From an uncultured Nitrospirales bacterium (lineage in GTDB: Bacteria; Hydrogenedentota; Hydrogenedentia; Hydrogenedentales; Hydrogenedentaceae), in assembly GCA_964549105.1 (NCBI GenBank), contig CAZJTZ010000001.1:284632-348631 (forward strand): a stretch of 64,000 nucleotides of DNA. Reading direction: 5' to 3'. The notes under the pieces were generated by a model. It saw only the letters and a list, made by a program, of their open reading frames with translations, had not been told where the DNA came from and ran no database searches. The position numbers were made by a program, and so were the translations under genes. Shown here one piece after another: positions 40,144-50,454 of the stretch (position 1 is its first letter; every line of letters starts with the position of its first letter).

Positions 40144-40710
40144 ATGGCAAGAAACATCTCTATAATAATTATGGCAATTGTTGTTTTTTGTTTTATTTCA
40201 TTTTCTTCAAATGCTGTAGATAAAGGACAAAAGCAGAAAGAAGAAACATCTACTATTCAAAATATAAAATTAGACCAAATTGAATCTCTATTTTTGAGCC
40301 ACAATCAAGGACTCACTATTATAAATCTATGGGCTACATGGTGTAGTCCCTGTGTTGCAGAACTTCCCTATTTTGGAAATATTTATAAACGCTACTCTAA
40401 GGAACAAGTTCATCTGTATCTTCTGAATATTGAAGGTAAAGATATGGAAGAAAAGAAACTAAAGCCTTTTTTAAAGAAAAATCCTCTTCCCTGTCCTGTA
40501 TATTTGCTGGAAGATGGGTCACCCACTGATTTAGAGAAAGTTCTTAAAACAGAGATAAGTGGTGCCTTGCCCACTACATTGATTTATAACTCCAATGGGA
40601 AACTTATAAAAAAATTTGAAATGCCTATCACAGAAGAAGAAATTGAAAAAATTCTTAAAGAATATAGAATAACACCTATTGTTCAAATTCAAGAGGAAAA
40701 GTCCGGGTAA
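40144..40710 (+). CDS. TlpA-like thiol-disulfide oxidoreductase (periplasmic thioredoxin).
   Basis: Signal peptide. Canonical active site WATWCSPCVAELP (W-C-x-x-C). Confidence 0.8.
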   Translation: MARNISIIIMAIVVFCFISFSSNAVDKGQKQKEETSTIQNIKLDQIESLFLSHNQGLTIINLWATWCSPCVAELPYFGNIYKRYSKEQVHLYLLNIEGKDMEEKKLKPFLKKNPLPCPVYLLEDGSPTDLEKVLKTEISGALPTTLIYNSNGKLIKKFEMPITEEEIEKILKEYRITPIVQIQEEKSG

Positions 40711-41062
40711 TTACCACATTAACCCCCGTACCCTCAAAATCAAAAATAAGGATTTGTCCACATTTTGTAGGGATAGGGACTTTAAGTTCGTATAGTTTTT
40801 TTAGTAAGGGTTTGATAAATTTTTTGGGGATAGGTTTATCCGTTTTTACGGGGATATAAGGCATTTCATCTGAATTCGTAACGACAACAGCAGTAACAAC
40901 GCGTTTTGGTTCTGTAATTTCTTCATAAGCATAAACTTCGCCCCGTTCACATTTTGCTCCCTGAAACTGATATTTGCCAGGCTCCTTCTCCTGCACGAGA
41001 ATATGACAACCATTAGGACAACTTAAGCAAATAATTTCTTTTCCCATATTAGTCTTTCTCAT
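40676..41062 (-). CDS. DUF1667-domain protein (small Cys-rich subunit associated with GlpA-like oxidoreductases).
   Basis: A 128-aa protein with CPNGC…C…C. Located immediately downstream of the two oxidoreductase genes. Confidence 0.65.
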   Translation of the reverse strand: MRKTNMGKEIICLSCPNGCHILVQEKEPGKYQFQGAKCERGEVYAYEEITEPKRVVTAVVVTNSDEMPYIPVKTDKPIPKKFIKPLLKKLYELKVPIPTKCGQILIFDFEGTGVNVVITRTFPLEFEQ

Positions 41063-42324
41063 TAACTCAATGAAAATTCTATAGGTAATAACTCTCCATT
41101 GACAACTAATTCTTTCAAATCATCTGGCTTTAACTCCACATGAAACATTTCAGCAGGTTTTATGTATCTTAAAGTAAACTTCCGTATTACCTTCTCACCC
41201 TGACGGACAAGCAAGGTCGCTTTATCCTGAACGATTAGAGAACGCATAGAAAAACGATTTTTTTCATCAGGACGGTATCTATTGGGAAGGACATATTTTA
41301 AGTTAGCACCTGCAATGACTTTTCCTTGTTGAATTTCCTTCGTTTTTCCTTCCAAGTAGTTTACCAATTCGACTCCACATCGTTGAGCTTCATCCGATAC
41401 CCAATCTACAAGGTCGTGGACATGCAGCACATTCCCACATGCAAACACCCCTTCTGCTGAGGTCATTAATCTTGTGTCCACTAAGGGACCCCCTGTTTCA
41501 GGATTTATTTTTATTCCTGCGGACTGTGTTAGTTCATTTTCAGGAATGAGCCCCACAGAAAAGAGCAAGGTATCACATTCAAGTTTAAATGTTTTTGAAT
41601 AATTAGGTGCACCATTTTCTAAAGGAGTAATATTTACGGCTTCTACCCTGTCTTTTCCTTCAATCTTTGTAACGATATGGCTTAAATATAAGGGAATATC
41701 ATAATCATTTAAGCATTGAACAATATTTCTCGTTAAGCCTGATGGGTAAGGGAGGATTTCCACAACGCCAAGGACATGAGCACCAGTCCAGGTAAGTCGT
41801 CGTGCCATAATTAAACCGATATCACCCGAACCTACAATAACTACGCGTTTGCCTGGCAAATAGCCATCAATATTTATAAGTCGTTGTGCTAATCCTGCTG
41901 TAAAAATTCCTGCGGGCCTTGTCCCGGGGATACCTAAATTTCCTCTATTCCTTTCACGACATCCCATAGCCAAAACAATGGCTTTTGCATTGATTTGAAA
42001 AACTCCATGTTGGCTGCTGCATAAATTTGCCTGTTTTATAGGCTGATGAACTGCCATGTTTGTCGCTGTGGTGTTCAGGAATATGTCTATATCTGATTTG
42101 ACAACATTCTGAATAAATCGTTCTGCAAATTCTGGTCCTGTAAGTTCTTCTTTAAATAGGTGCACACCAAATCCATTATGAATACACTGGGGAAGAATCC
42201 CCCCTAAGTGCGGTTCACGGTCAACAAGGGCTGTTTTTAAGCCTTGTCTGGCTGTTTTTAAAGCAGAAGCCATACCCGCCGCACCTGCACCTATCACTAA
42301 AACATCATAATTTCGTTCTTTCAT
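41062..42324 (-). CDS. NAD(P)/FAD-dependent pyridine-nucleotide-disulfide family oxidoreductase.
   Basis: Two dinucleotide-binding GxGxxG motifs (VLVIGAGAAG, VVIVGSGDIG). Confidence 0.8.
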   Translation of the reverse strand: MKERNYDVLVIGAGAAGMASALKTARQGLKTALVDREPHLGGILPQCIHNGFGVHLFKEELTGPEFAERFIQNVVKSDIDIFLNTTATNMAVHQPIKQANLCSSQHGVFQINAKAIVLAMGCRERNRGNLGIPGTRPAGIFTAGLAQRLINIDGYLPGKRVVIVGSGDIGLIMARRLTWTGAHVLGVVEILPYPSGLTRNIVQCLNDYDIPLYLSHIVTKIEGKDRVEAVNITPLENGAPNYSKTFKLECDTLLFSVGLIPENELTQSAGIKINPETGGPLVDTRLMTSAEGVFACGNVLHVHDLVDWVSDEAQRCGVELVNYLEGKTKEIQQGKVIAGANLKYVLPNRYRPDEKNRFSMRSLIVQDKATLLVRQGEKVIRKFTLRYIKPAEMFHVELKPDDLKELVVNGELLPIEFSLS

Positions 42325-42327
42325 ATC

Positions 42328-43800
42328 TTACTCCTGACACTGTCTCTGCTCTTTTGCAAATTCTTGAAGTCGCTGATAAATAACCCAACTATTATTTCCC
42401 CGTTTTGTAATTTTTTCTATTGGAATACCTGTTTCTCTTGAAATAATTTTTAAAACTTTGTAAGTGCAGAAGGCTCCCTGACAACGACCCATACCAGCAC
42501 GAGTATAAAATTTAATTCCGTCCAATGTAGTGTGCCCTTTTGAGATAGCCTCGATTATCTCTGCTTCGGAAACATTTTCACAACGACATACAATATGTCC
42601 ATATTTCGGTTCTTTTTCTACAAGTTGTTCTAATTGTTCAAAAGTTAAATCACGGACTTTAATAGGATGAGTTAAGAAGGGGTCAAAATTTGTTTTCTCA
42701 ACTAATCTTAAGCCTTCCTGCTTTAATACATCTTTTACATATTCTCCGATGGCAGGTGAAGCTGTTAAGCCTGGGGACTGAATCCCTGCTACCTGAATAA
42801 AATTAGGCTGTATATCTGAAGATTTAATATAGAAATCGTCTCCTTTTATTGTGGGTCTCAAACCTGCAAAAGAAGTGATAATTTCTCTACGGGAAATAGC
42901 AGGTACCATGTAGGTTGCTTGCATAAAAACGGTTTCCAAATTTTGTGCCGTCGTTTCCACATCACTTTTATCCTCTGTCTCTATTGCGGTGGGTCCTACC
43001 ATTAATGTCCCTTCAACCGTAGGTATAACTAATATTCCTTTGGTATGAGCACCTGGCACAGGGAAAATTACATGGTTGGGTAAACCTCGGGCATTGCGTT
43101 GTAATAAAAATTCTTCGCCCTTTCGAGGAACAATCTTGAATGATTCTGCGTCAAAAGACTTCGAAACTTCATCAGCAAATAAGCCAGCGGCATTTACCAC
43201 ATATCTCGCTTTAATGACATCCCCATCTTTCGATTTTATAATCCAACAATCCTTTTCGCGTATTCCCTGTCCAACTGCGAACTGTGTCTTTACCTCTACT
43301 CCATTTTTCTGGGCTGATTCAACCAGGGCAAAAACATAACGATAAGGTTCAATAATTCCACCCGTAGGGGCAAAGAGTCCTCCAACCACATCCGGATTTA
43401 GTTGTGGCTCTAGACTAAGCATTCTTTCTCTACCACATATTTCCATACGAGGAACACCATTTGCCACACCCTGAGAGTATAAATATTCAATCGTCTTCAT
43501 CTCTTCTATACTAAATGCTGCAACAATAACGCCTACCCTTTTAAATGGAAATCCTAACTCATAATGTAACTGGTCAAACATAAAATTTCCACGAATTTCC
43601 AATCGTGCTTTAAGAGAAGTTATCGGGTGATGGAATCCCGCATGAATAATCCCTGAATTGGCTTTTGTAACACCGAACCCAACATCAACACATTTTTCTA
43701 AAAGGGCTACAGAAACTTCATAAGCAGATAATCTACGGGCAATAGACGCACCACAACATCCTGCACCAATAATTGCAATATCATAAATCTTATTATTCAT
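42328..43800 (-). CDS. FAD-dependent oxidoreductase (GlpA / L-2-hydroxyglutarate-oxidase-like) with a C-terminal BFD-like [2Fe-2S] domain.
   Basis: N-terminal IAIIGAGCCGASIA FAD motif. C-terminal CRCENVSEAEI…C…C BFD-like cysteine pattern. Confidence 0.8.
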   Translation of the reverse strand: MNNKIYDIAIIGAGCCGASIARRLSAYEVSVALLEKCVDVGFGVTKANSGIIHAGFHHPITSLKARLEIRGNFMFDQLHYELGFPFKRVGVIVAAFSIEEMKTIEYLYSQGVANGVPRMEICGRERMLSLEPQLNPDVVGGLFAPTGGIIEPYRYVFALVESAQKNGVEVKTQFAVGQGIREKDCWIIKSKDGDVIKARYVVNAAGLFADEVSKSFDAESFKIVPRKGEEFLLQRNARGLPNHVIFPVPGAHTKGILVIPTVEGTLMVGPTAIETEDKSDVETTAQNLETVFMQATYMVPAISRREIITSFAGLRPTIKGDDFYIKSSDIQPNFIQVAGIQSPGLTASPAIGEYVKDVLKQEGLRLVEKTNFDPFLTHPIKVRDLTFEQLEQLVEKEPKYGHIVCRCENVSEAEIIEAISKGHTTLDGIKFYTRAGMGRCQGAFCTYKVLKIISRETGIPIEKITKRGNNSWVIYQRLQEFAKEQRQCQE

Positions 43801-43871
43801 TGTTATCCCTGTTTTTATCGTATTCCTTTTAACAAAAATAATTACAGTATAAAATATAACAATTAAATATT

Positions 43872-44894
43872 CTACTTCGCCAAATAACGGGAATAAGAAA
43901 TTAGTTCTTCTAATTTTCTAATTGCATTTCCCGAATCAATAGATTCTTCAGCAAGTTCCATCGCATCCTTCCAATCAGAAGTTTTTCCACTTGCAAGAAT
44001 TGCAAAAGCAGAGTTCAACAAAACAGAATCTCTATATGGAGATTTTTCTCCTGACAAAACGCTTCGAATAATTTCCGCATTTTTTTTAACTGTTCCACCT
44101 TTGATTTCGTCTATAGAATGTCTCTCTATTCCATAGTTTTCAGGTAAAACCTGATAATATTTGATATCCCCTTCTGAAACCTCGTAAATTTCTGTTTTAC
44201 CCGAAGGACTTATTTCATCAATTCCATCACTGCCCCAAACGACAAAACCTCTTTTAATCCCCAGCCGCTGCAAGGCTTTTGCCACAGGGGCTAAGAATTC
44301 TCTTGCAAAAACACCTATGATTTGTCCATCCAATAAAGCAGGGTTAGATAATGGTCCCAATAAATTAAATACAGTAGGGAAAGGCAATTCAGAACGAATT
44401 TTTGCCACATTTTCCATCGCAGGATGAAATTTTCGAGCAAATAGGAAACCTATTCCAACCTCATGTAGACAGGCTAAAACTTTTTCTGGGGGCAAATCAA
44501 TAACGGCACCTAAGTATTCAAGGACATCTGCGCTACCGCAAGAACTGGTTGCACTTCGGTTTCCGTGCTTTGCCACATAAATACCTGCACCCGCACATAC
44601 AAAAGCGGTTGTTGTTGAAATATTAAAAGTCCCTTTTCTATCTCCCCCTGTTCCGCAAGTATCAATAACGGGATGTTTTTCTACGGGAAGTTGTAAAGCA
44701 AATCTACGCATAGCCTTTGCAAGACCGGCTAATTCTTCTCCCTGCAAAGGACGGAGTGCAAGTGCTGAAAGGAACGAACTTGTAAGGATTTCGGAAGCGG
44801 TACCTTCCATAATTTCAGAGAGCGCAAAGTCCGAATCTTCAAGACTAAGTTTTTCTCCTTGCATAATTTTTTTCACTACTTTAGGAAGAAACAT
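43872..44894 (-). CDS. Anthranilate phosphoribosyltransferase family protein (TrpD homolog, stand-alone).
   Basis: TrpD glycine-rich loop DTCGTGGDRKGTFNISTT…AGAG and HGNRS. No other trp genes are nearby. Confidence 0.75.
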   Translation of the reverse strand: MFLPKVVKKIMQGEKLSLEDSDFALSEIMEGTASEILTSSFLSALALRPLQGEELAGLAKAMRRFALQLPVEKHPVIDTCGTGGDRKGTFNISTTTAFVCAGAGIYVAKHGNRSATSSCGSADVLEYLGAVIDLPPEKVLACLHEVGIGFLFARKFHPAMENVAKIRSELPFPTVFNLLGPLSNPALLDGQIIGVFAREFLAPVAKALQRLGIKRGFVVWGSDGIDEISPSGKTEIYEVSEGDIKYYQVLPENYGIERHSIDEIKGGTVKKNAEIIRSVLSGEKSPYRDSVLLNSAFAILASGKTSDWKDAMELAEESIDSGNAIRKLEELISYSRYLAK

Positions 44895-44930
44895 TTATCT
44901 ACACCATTAATTTTTAATTTATTTTTATTG

Positions 44931-46295
44931 TTATGGAATTTTTAAATCTTTTTGTGATGAATAGTATATGCCTACAAAATCCAGCGTTGGGCAAACAAGT
45001 GCTTTATCAATTTCTATTTTTATTTCACTCGTTTTTTGCTCAGGAATGCAGTGAATCCTTTTATATCCAATTGTTGTCCCTGAACTTACTTTCTTCCAAT
45101 CACTTTTATCCTTTATCCAGATAGAATGTTCTTCGACCCTTTGTCCAAGGACAATCTGTTCTTTAATAATAACACGGTCAAACACAATGGGTGAAGCAAA
45201 TTTCAATGTTATATATCCTGTAGAAAGGGTATCGTCTGTTGCCCAATATTTTTCATCGTTTTCTTCTAAACACATTTCAGGAGAAAACTCTTGTGCATTA
45301 CCTCGGATATTGCTGGCACTCCATTCTGCTTGTTTCGCAAGATTTGTTTTGAATGTCTCTTCTAATACAGAATGCCATTCTAACAATCTATCCACATCAG
45401 ATTGTGGCAAGTGCCCCGAACGGTCAGGGGAAACATTCAATAACAAAACGGAACCCCTACCTACCGAATGATAATAAATTTTTAATAATTGATTCAAGGG
45501 TAGCAGTTCTTTTTCCCCATTGGTATGATAAAACCATTGTCCTTTGCGAATAGGAACATCACATTCGGCAGGCCACCAAACTTTTTTCCCATCTCTTTCC
45601 TGAACATTCCATAGCGTTTCTGGAGCCAGACCATCCTCGTTCCCGACCCATCGAATATCCGGACCACAAATAGCAATTAGAGCATCAGGCTGTAGTTCCC
45701 GAATAAGTTGGTAATATCCGTTCCAATCGTATATATGACCTTTTGTTCCTGCCCCATCAAACCATACCTCAAAGATAGCCCCATAATTTGTTAAAAGTTC
45801 TCGTAAAAGGTTTTTAAAATATATATCATACGCAGTATTGTCATTATATCGCGGTTCATGACGGTCCCATGGAGACAAATAAAATCCGAAGTAAATCCCT
45901 GCTTCCTTACACGCTTCTGAAACTCCTTTCACAACATCACCCTGTCCGTTTTTCCAGGGGGAAAGTCGGACACAATAATCAGTATGCTTCGTAGGATATA
46001 GAACAAAACCGTCATGATGTTTTGCCGTCAGGATTAAATAACGCATACCTACTTTTTTAGCCACTTCTGCCCATTGTTGAGGATTAAAATCAGTAGGATT
46101 AAAACTCTCAGCAGGTTTTGTCCCATCTGTCCATTCTTCATTGTGAAATGTATTTATCCCAAAATGACAGAACATACCCATTTCTTGTTGGTGCCAGATG
46201 AGTTGTTGTGATGTAGGTATAGGATACAAAGGTGTCGGTGGAGTTACCCCAAACATATTTATAGCAATAAAACCAATCAACACAATTAGATTCAT
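44931..46295 (-). CDS. Alpha-L-fucosidase (GH29) with a C-terminal F5/8-type-C / carbohydrate-binding domain, secreted.
   Basis: Signal peptide. GH29 motifs (YLILTAKHHDGFVLYPT, WFDGAG). A C-terminal beta-sandwich domain of about 130 aa. Confidence 0.85.
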   Translation of the reverse strand: MNLIVLIGFIAINMFGVTPPTPLYPIPTSQQLIWHQQEMGMFCHFGINTFHNEEWTDGTKPAESFNPTDFNPQQWAEVAKKVGMRYLILTAKHHDGFVLYPTKHTDYCVRLSPWKNGQGDVVKGVSEACKEAGIYFGFYLSPWDRHEPRYNDNTAYDIYFKNLLRELLTNYGAIFEVWFDGAGTKGHIYDWNGYYQLIRELQPDALIAICGPDIRWVGNEDGLAPETLWNVQERDGKKVWWPAECDVPIRKGQWFYHTNGEKELLPLNQLLKIYYHSVGRGSVLLLNVSPDRSGHLPQSDVDRLLEWHSVLEETFKTNLAKQAEWSASNIRGNAQEFSPEMCLEENDEKYWATDDTLSTGYITLKFASPIVFDRVIIKEQIVLGQRVEEHSIWIKDKSDWKKVSSGTTIGYKRIHCIPEQKTSEIKIEIDKALVCPTLDFVGIYYSSQKDLKIP

Positions 46296-46311
46296 TTCTT
46301 TCCCTTTTACT

Positions 46312-47220
46312 TTATTTGATGTTCCTTCTATCTATTAATATTCCATTTATAATTTGCGACCTACATTGCGCATGTAAATGTTTTAACGAGTCAAACACTG
46401 ATTGTGGTGATAATGTCGAAGTAGGACTACAATGTAGACCACACAGATATTGGCTAAGAAGTGGCTCCCTTTTATCTTTTAAATTTTCCGAAGTTAACTG
46501 GTAACTTGAATATATTTCTGGTAATAATTTTTCCCATGATTGTTTTAAATCTTTTAAAAATGATTCTAAATCTTTAGGAGGAATCATTAATATAAAATGA
46601 CCCTTACCAATGTGTCCTAACTGATAATTTTTACCAAAATAACCAGTTGCTATTGCTTTTATGTGTTTAACAAAAATATTAATTATTTTCAAAACATCGG
46701 ATTCAGAAATAACATTCTGTAAAGAAGGAAACCTTGTTAACTCAATATAGACTAGGCCAAAACTTTGACGAAGTAGAATGGCTCTTTGTAATTCTAATCT
46801 TATAAAGCGAACTGTTCCAATACCGGTGGAAGAATCAATAAGTGTATTGTTTTGCTGAGAAGCAATCAAGGCATTTAGTCGAGATGAAAGTAATGGCATT
46901 GAAATAGGCTTTACGATATAGTCATCTCCACCTTGTGAAAAACCATGCTCTAATTCCTCCCGGTCTTTCATCGCAGACATAAAAATAATACCCGTATTAT
47001 AGACATCTCTGTCAATACGAATACGCCTGCAAAGTTCAAACCCGGATACTCGTGGCATCATTATATCTAACAAAATAATAGGAATTTTTTCCTTCTTAAT
47101 CGTTTCTATAACCTGTTCTGGAGCAGTCAGAACAAAACACTGATATTTTTGCTTTTCAAGAACATGTGCCAATTGAACAGCGAAATCGGCATCATCATCA
47201 ACAATAAGTAACTTTGTCAA
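46312..47220 (-). CDS. Response regulator with receiver domain and a C-terminal degenerate GGDEF-like domain.
   Basis: REC motifs (LLIVDDD…ILLDIMMP…GGDDYIVKP). The C-terminal domain shows GGDEF-like secondary motifs (DSSTGIGTVRF, FGLVYIELTRF), but the active site reads GKGHF instead of GG(D/E)EF. Confidence 0.7.
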   Translation of the reverse strand: MTKLLIVDDDADFAVQLAHVLEKQKYQCFVLTAPEQVIETIKKEKIPIILLDIMMPRVSGFELCRRIRIDRDVYNTGIIFMSAMKDREELEHGFSQGGDDYIVKPISMPLLSSRLNALIASQQNNTLIDSSTGIGTVRFIRLELQRAILLRQSFGLVYIELTRFPSLQNVISESDVLKIINIFVKHIKAIATGYFGKNYQLGHIGKGHFILMIPPKDLESFLKDLKQSWEKLLPEIYSSYQLTSENLKDKREPLLSQYLCGLHCSPTSTLSPQSVFDSLKHLHAQCRSQIINGILIDRRNIK

Positions 47221-47386
47221 GTTATAAGTCCCGCTTTTATGTATTTTATTAAAACATAGATTATTAACTAATATTATTTTATTTAAAATTAAGACAGTTG
47301 AACAACTCGCAGGTAGATTTATTTTTGTATAATATCTAATAATATAATTTATATTAAGAATAGGAGAAATAGTTAAAGATTAATCC

Positions 47387-49999
47387 ATGAATGAAGAAGA
47401 TAAAAGTAAAGACATAAAAGATGAAGAACAAGTAATAAGTGAATATAAGGAAAAAGTTCTTCAAGTTTTAAACCCAGAAGATAATAATTTAGATAAAAGC
47501 CACTGGGATTCTCCTGTTAAATCAGACACATCTGAAAAACAATCTCCTGAAACCCAGGAAGGAGAAATTTTAGACCAATCTGTTATAGATTCTCTATTTC
47601 AAAGCAATCAAAAGGATGGGGGCTCTGAACAGAAAAGCCAGGTTCAGGAAGAGAAATCTCAATCAACAACACAATCCAAAGAGGAAATTCTTCCCGATTT
47701 AGGACAAAAAGTTGTTGCTCCCCCTAAAAAACAAAATTCCGAAGTAGCACTCCTCAGCCAAGACGAAATAGAAGCATTAATCGAGTTGGCACAGAAAGAA
47801 GATAAAGAACGTCAGAAGAAAAAACAGGAAATATTAGAACATCTTGAAACCTCAACACAATTGACGGCTCCAATAAAATCTCAATTAAAACCAAAGATTA
47901 ATTTAAAAAAATATCTAATACCTATCACTTTAAGTTTAATATTAGGATTAGCAAGTGGTTTGGGGACTTATGTTTATCTTATGAGAAATAGAATAGCGAT
48001 TCCTGAAGAGGTAAGACCCACATATAGCAAGGATATATCTGCTGCAAAAGAATACGCCCAAATTTTAATAGAGGATAAACAATATTTTAGTGCAATATCT
48101 GTTCTAGAAGATGCTTTAAAAAATGACACAAAACCTTCCGCAGATAGAATAGACGCTCAATTTCTTCTTATAAAAGCAAAATATCTTTCAGGAAAAATAA
48201 CACCGGATTCAAGTGAATTTCAGGAACTCATATCTGACATGGAATCAGCAGTAAAAGAAAATCCTACCCATCCCATGGCTCCTCTTATTCTTTTTTGGAA
48301 AGGAAGGCTACATGAGGAAGACCATTTCCCTTATCCTGCAATAGACGCTTATGAGCGTATTATTCGGAATTATCCACAATTCGAAGCAAAAGATGAGGTG
48401 CTGTTTGCTCTAAGCCGACTCGAATTGCGAATGAATAATACAGTTAAATCGGTACAATGGGCACAACAATTAATAAAGGAATTCCCTGCATCTCGTTATG
48501 TATTGAGAGCAAGGTTTAATATTGCTGAGGCCTATAGAATAACAGGATTGATGGAAGATGCAAGAACACTATATATACGAATTGTAGATACGGCTCCCGA
48601 CACTGAGATAGCCTCTCTTGCTATATTACGCCTATCAGAGATGGCATATAATCAGGGTAGATATGAGCAAGCATTAGTTCAATTGGAAACGAAGTTAAAG
48701 CACATCAAACAGTTTCAATACAATGATGAGGCTTATCTTTTATTAGCAAAAACTTATAGGGCTCTTGGGAAATTAGAAGAAGCAAAAACAACGCTACAGG
48801 ATTTATTAGTGTTTTTTCCTAATTCCAGGGTCCATCCTCAGGCATGGATAGAGTTGAGCCAGATTTTCTATGCTCTAGGGAATAAGGAAAAAGCATTTCA
48901 AACTGCGAATGAAGCCTCTCTTCTCTACCCAAATCATCCCGAAGTGCTGGCAAACAAAGCCGATTTCCTTGCGCTACAAGGTAACACTTTCGCTTCTGCG
49001 GTTGCCTACCTTGAAGCAGAAAAGAACGGAGGAACGAATCCTTCCTACTTGTTAAAAGCAGGACAACTTTTAGTTTTATGCTCCCAATTAAATGAAGCCG
49101 TGACTACATTTGAGAAATTAAAGGACCGATACTACGGTACGAAGGAAGCACTATTAGGAAGTATTGACCGGGCTAAATGCCTATATAAATTAGGTAAAAT
49201 TCCTCTGGCTATCTCTGAACTTGAAGACTTGAAAAAACTTACCCCTTCCACTGATTCGGAATACAAAAACATACTAAAAAATTTGGCTTCTATGTATCAT
49301 GAACTCGGGCTTAAAGAAGCGGCTGTGGAAACCGCAAGTGAATGGTTCCAGATGGAAGATAATCCAGAAGAAAAAATAGAAGCAGGTCTTATTCTCCTCA
49401 ACAATGATAAAACAGAAATGGTTTATTCAAGTCTTAAAAATATTGATTTATCCCCTGTGAATAGAGAAAAGGCTCATAACTTTCTTTATTCCTTATCTAA
49501 AAAACTATTAGATAAAAATCCACCTGAAGGATTATCCCTCATTGAACAAGTTTATTATCAATATCCAGAATATCGGACACCCGAACTCCGATACTCTTTG
49601 TCCGAAGCATATATAAAAACGGAACGAACCACTTCTGCCCGTCGGATTATTCAAGACTGGGAAAATGAAGTTGGAACGAGCGAAGAGTCCGTGCGCGGTC
49701 TCATAGACGCAGAAATTATGTGGGGTGATTATATGTTTGAAATGAAAGAGTGGGATACAGCATCCAGTGCCTACAAAACAGCCATTCAAATTTCACAGAT
49801 AAAAGGCACTCCCTTACAGGGGGTAAAATATCCTATTGAATGGGCAAAATATCAATATGCAAACATACTTGTTGAAAAAACTAATTTTGAAGAAGCATTA
49901 AAAATACTTGAAGAAATTGCAAATTCAAATTCATCCATTTCTTCTATGGCACAATTAAAAATAGAACAGATAAAACTTGAAATGCTTGCAATGAAATAA
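47387..49999 (+). CDS. Membrane-anchored TPR-repeat protein (870 aa) with an acidic/Lys-rich low-complexity N-terminus.
   Basis: Single TM helix ITLSLILGLASGLGTYVYL at about residues 170-190. More than 10 TPR-like repeats follow it. Confidence 0.7.
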   Translation: MNEEDKSKDIKDEEQVISEYKEKVLQVLNPEDNNLDKSHWDSPVKSDTSEKQSPETQEGEILDQSVIDSLFQSNQKDGGSEQKSQVQEEKSQSTTQSKEEILPDLGQKVVAPPKKQNSEVALLSQDEIEALIELAQKEDKERQKKKQEILEHLETSTQLTAPIKSQLKPKINLKKYLIPITLSLILGLASGLGTYVYLMRNRIAIPEEVRPTYSKDISAAKEYAQILIEDKQYFSAISVLEDALKNDTKPSADRIDAQFLLIKAKYLSGKITPDSSEFQELISDMESAVKENPTHPMAPLILFWKGRLHEEDHFPYPAIDAYERIIRNYPQFEAKDEVLFALSRLELRMNNTVKSVQWAQQLIKEFPASRYVLRARFNIAEAYRITGLMEDARTLYIRIVDTAPDTEIASLAILRLSEMAYNQGRYEQALVQLETKLKHIKQFQYNDEAYLLLAKTYRALGKLEEAKTTLQDLLVFFPNSRVHPQAWIELSQIFYALGNKEKAFQTANEASLLYPNHPEVLANKADFLALQGNTFASAVAYLEAEKNGGTNPSYLLKAGQLLVLCSQLNEAVTTFEKLKDRYYGTKEALLGSIDRAKCLYKLGKIPLAISELEDLKKLTPSTDSEYKNILKNLASMYHELGLKEAAVETASEWFQMEDNPEEKIEAGLILLNNDKTEMVYSSLKNIDLSPVNREKAHNFLYSLSKKLLDKNPPEGLSLIEQVYYQYPEYRTPELRYSLSEAYIKTERTTSARRIIQDWENEVGTSEESVRGLIDAEIMWGDYMFEMKEWDTASSAYKTAIQISQIKGTPLQGVKYPIEWAKYQYANILVEKTNFEEALKILEEIANSNSSISSMAQLKIEQIKLEMLAMK

Positions 50000-50010
50000 G
50001 GGAACACAAA

Positions 50011-50454
50011 ATGCCATCTTCCAAAGAACAAAAAATTAAAAAATTTAATTATTGGGCACAGCGTCAAATTAAGTGGTTAGAATCACAAATTACAACTGCA
50101 GAAAAATTAAAATCTACTTTACAACAAAAACCTATTGACGAAATAGAGTCACTTGTGAGCCAACATGCAAGCCAGAGTAAGCAATTAGATACATTGATTA
50201 AGGAATACGATATTATTAAAAAAGAATTACAACAAAAAGAGCCCCATTACCAGCCTGACGCCGAAATTATATCTACTATAAAAAAATTGATTGAAGATTT
50301 AATAAAAATTAACAATGAAGTTTACCAGATTATTTTAAAACAACAAGAAAAACTCCAAAAAGAAATGGAATCATTTTTCCCCTTAAAAAATCGATTTAAT
50401 GGCTACAATTCACAAGATAAAACAAAATCAGAAAATTTGAATTATGATATCTAA
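50011..50454 (+). CDS. Hypothetical coiled-coil protein.
   Basis: 147 aa, K/E/Q-rich heptad pattern. Lies 11 nt downstream of the TPR gene and overlaps the kinase gene. Confidence 0.5.
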   Translation: MPSSKEQKIKKFNYWAQRQIKWLESQITTAEKLKSTLQQKPIDEIESLVSQHASQSKQLDTLIKEYDIIKKELQQKEPHYQPDAEIISTIKKLIEDLIKINNEVYQIILKQQEKLQKEMESFFPLKNRFNGYNSQDKTKSENLNYDI

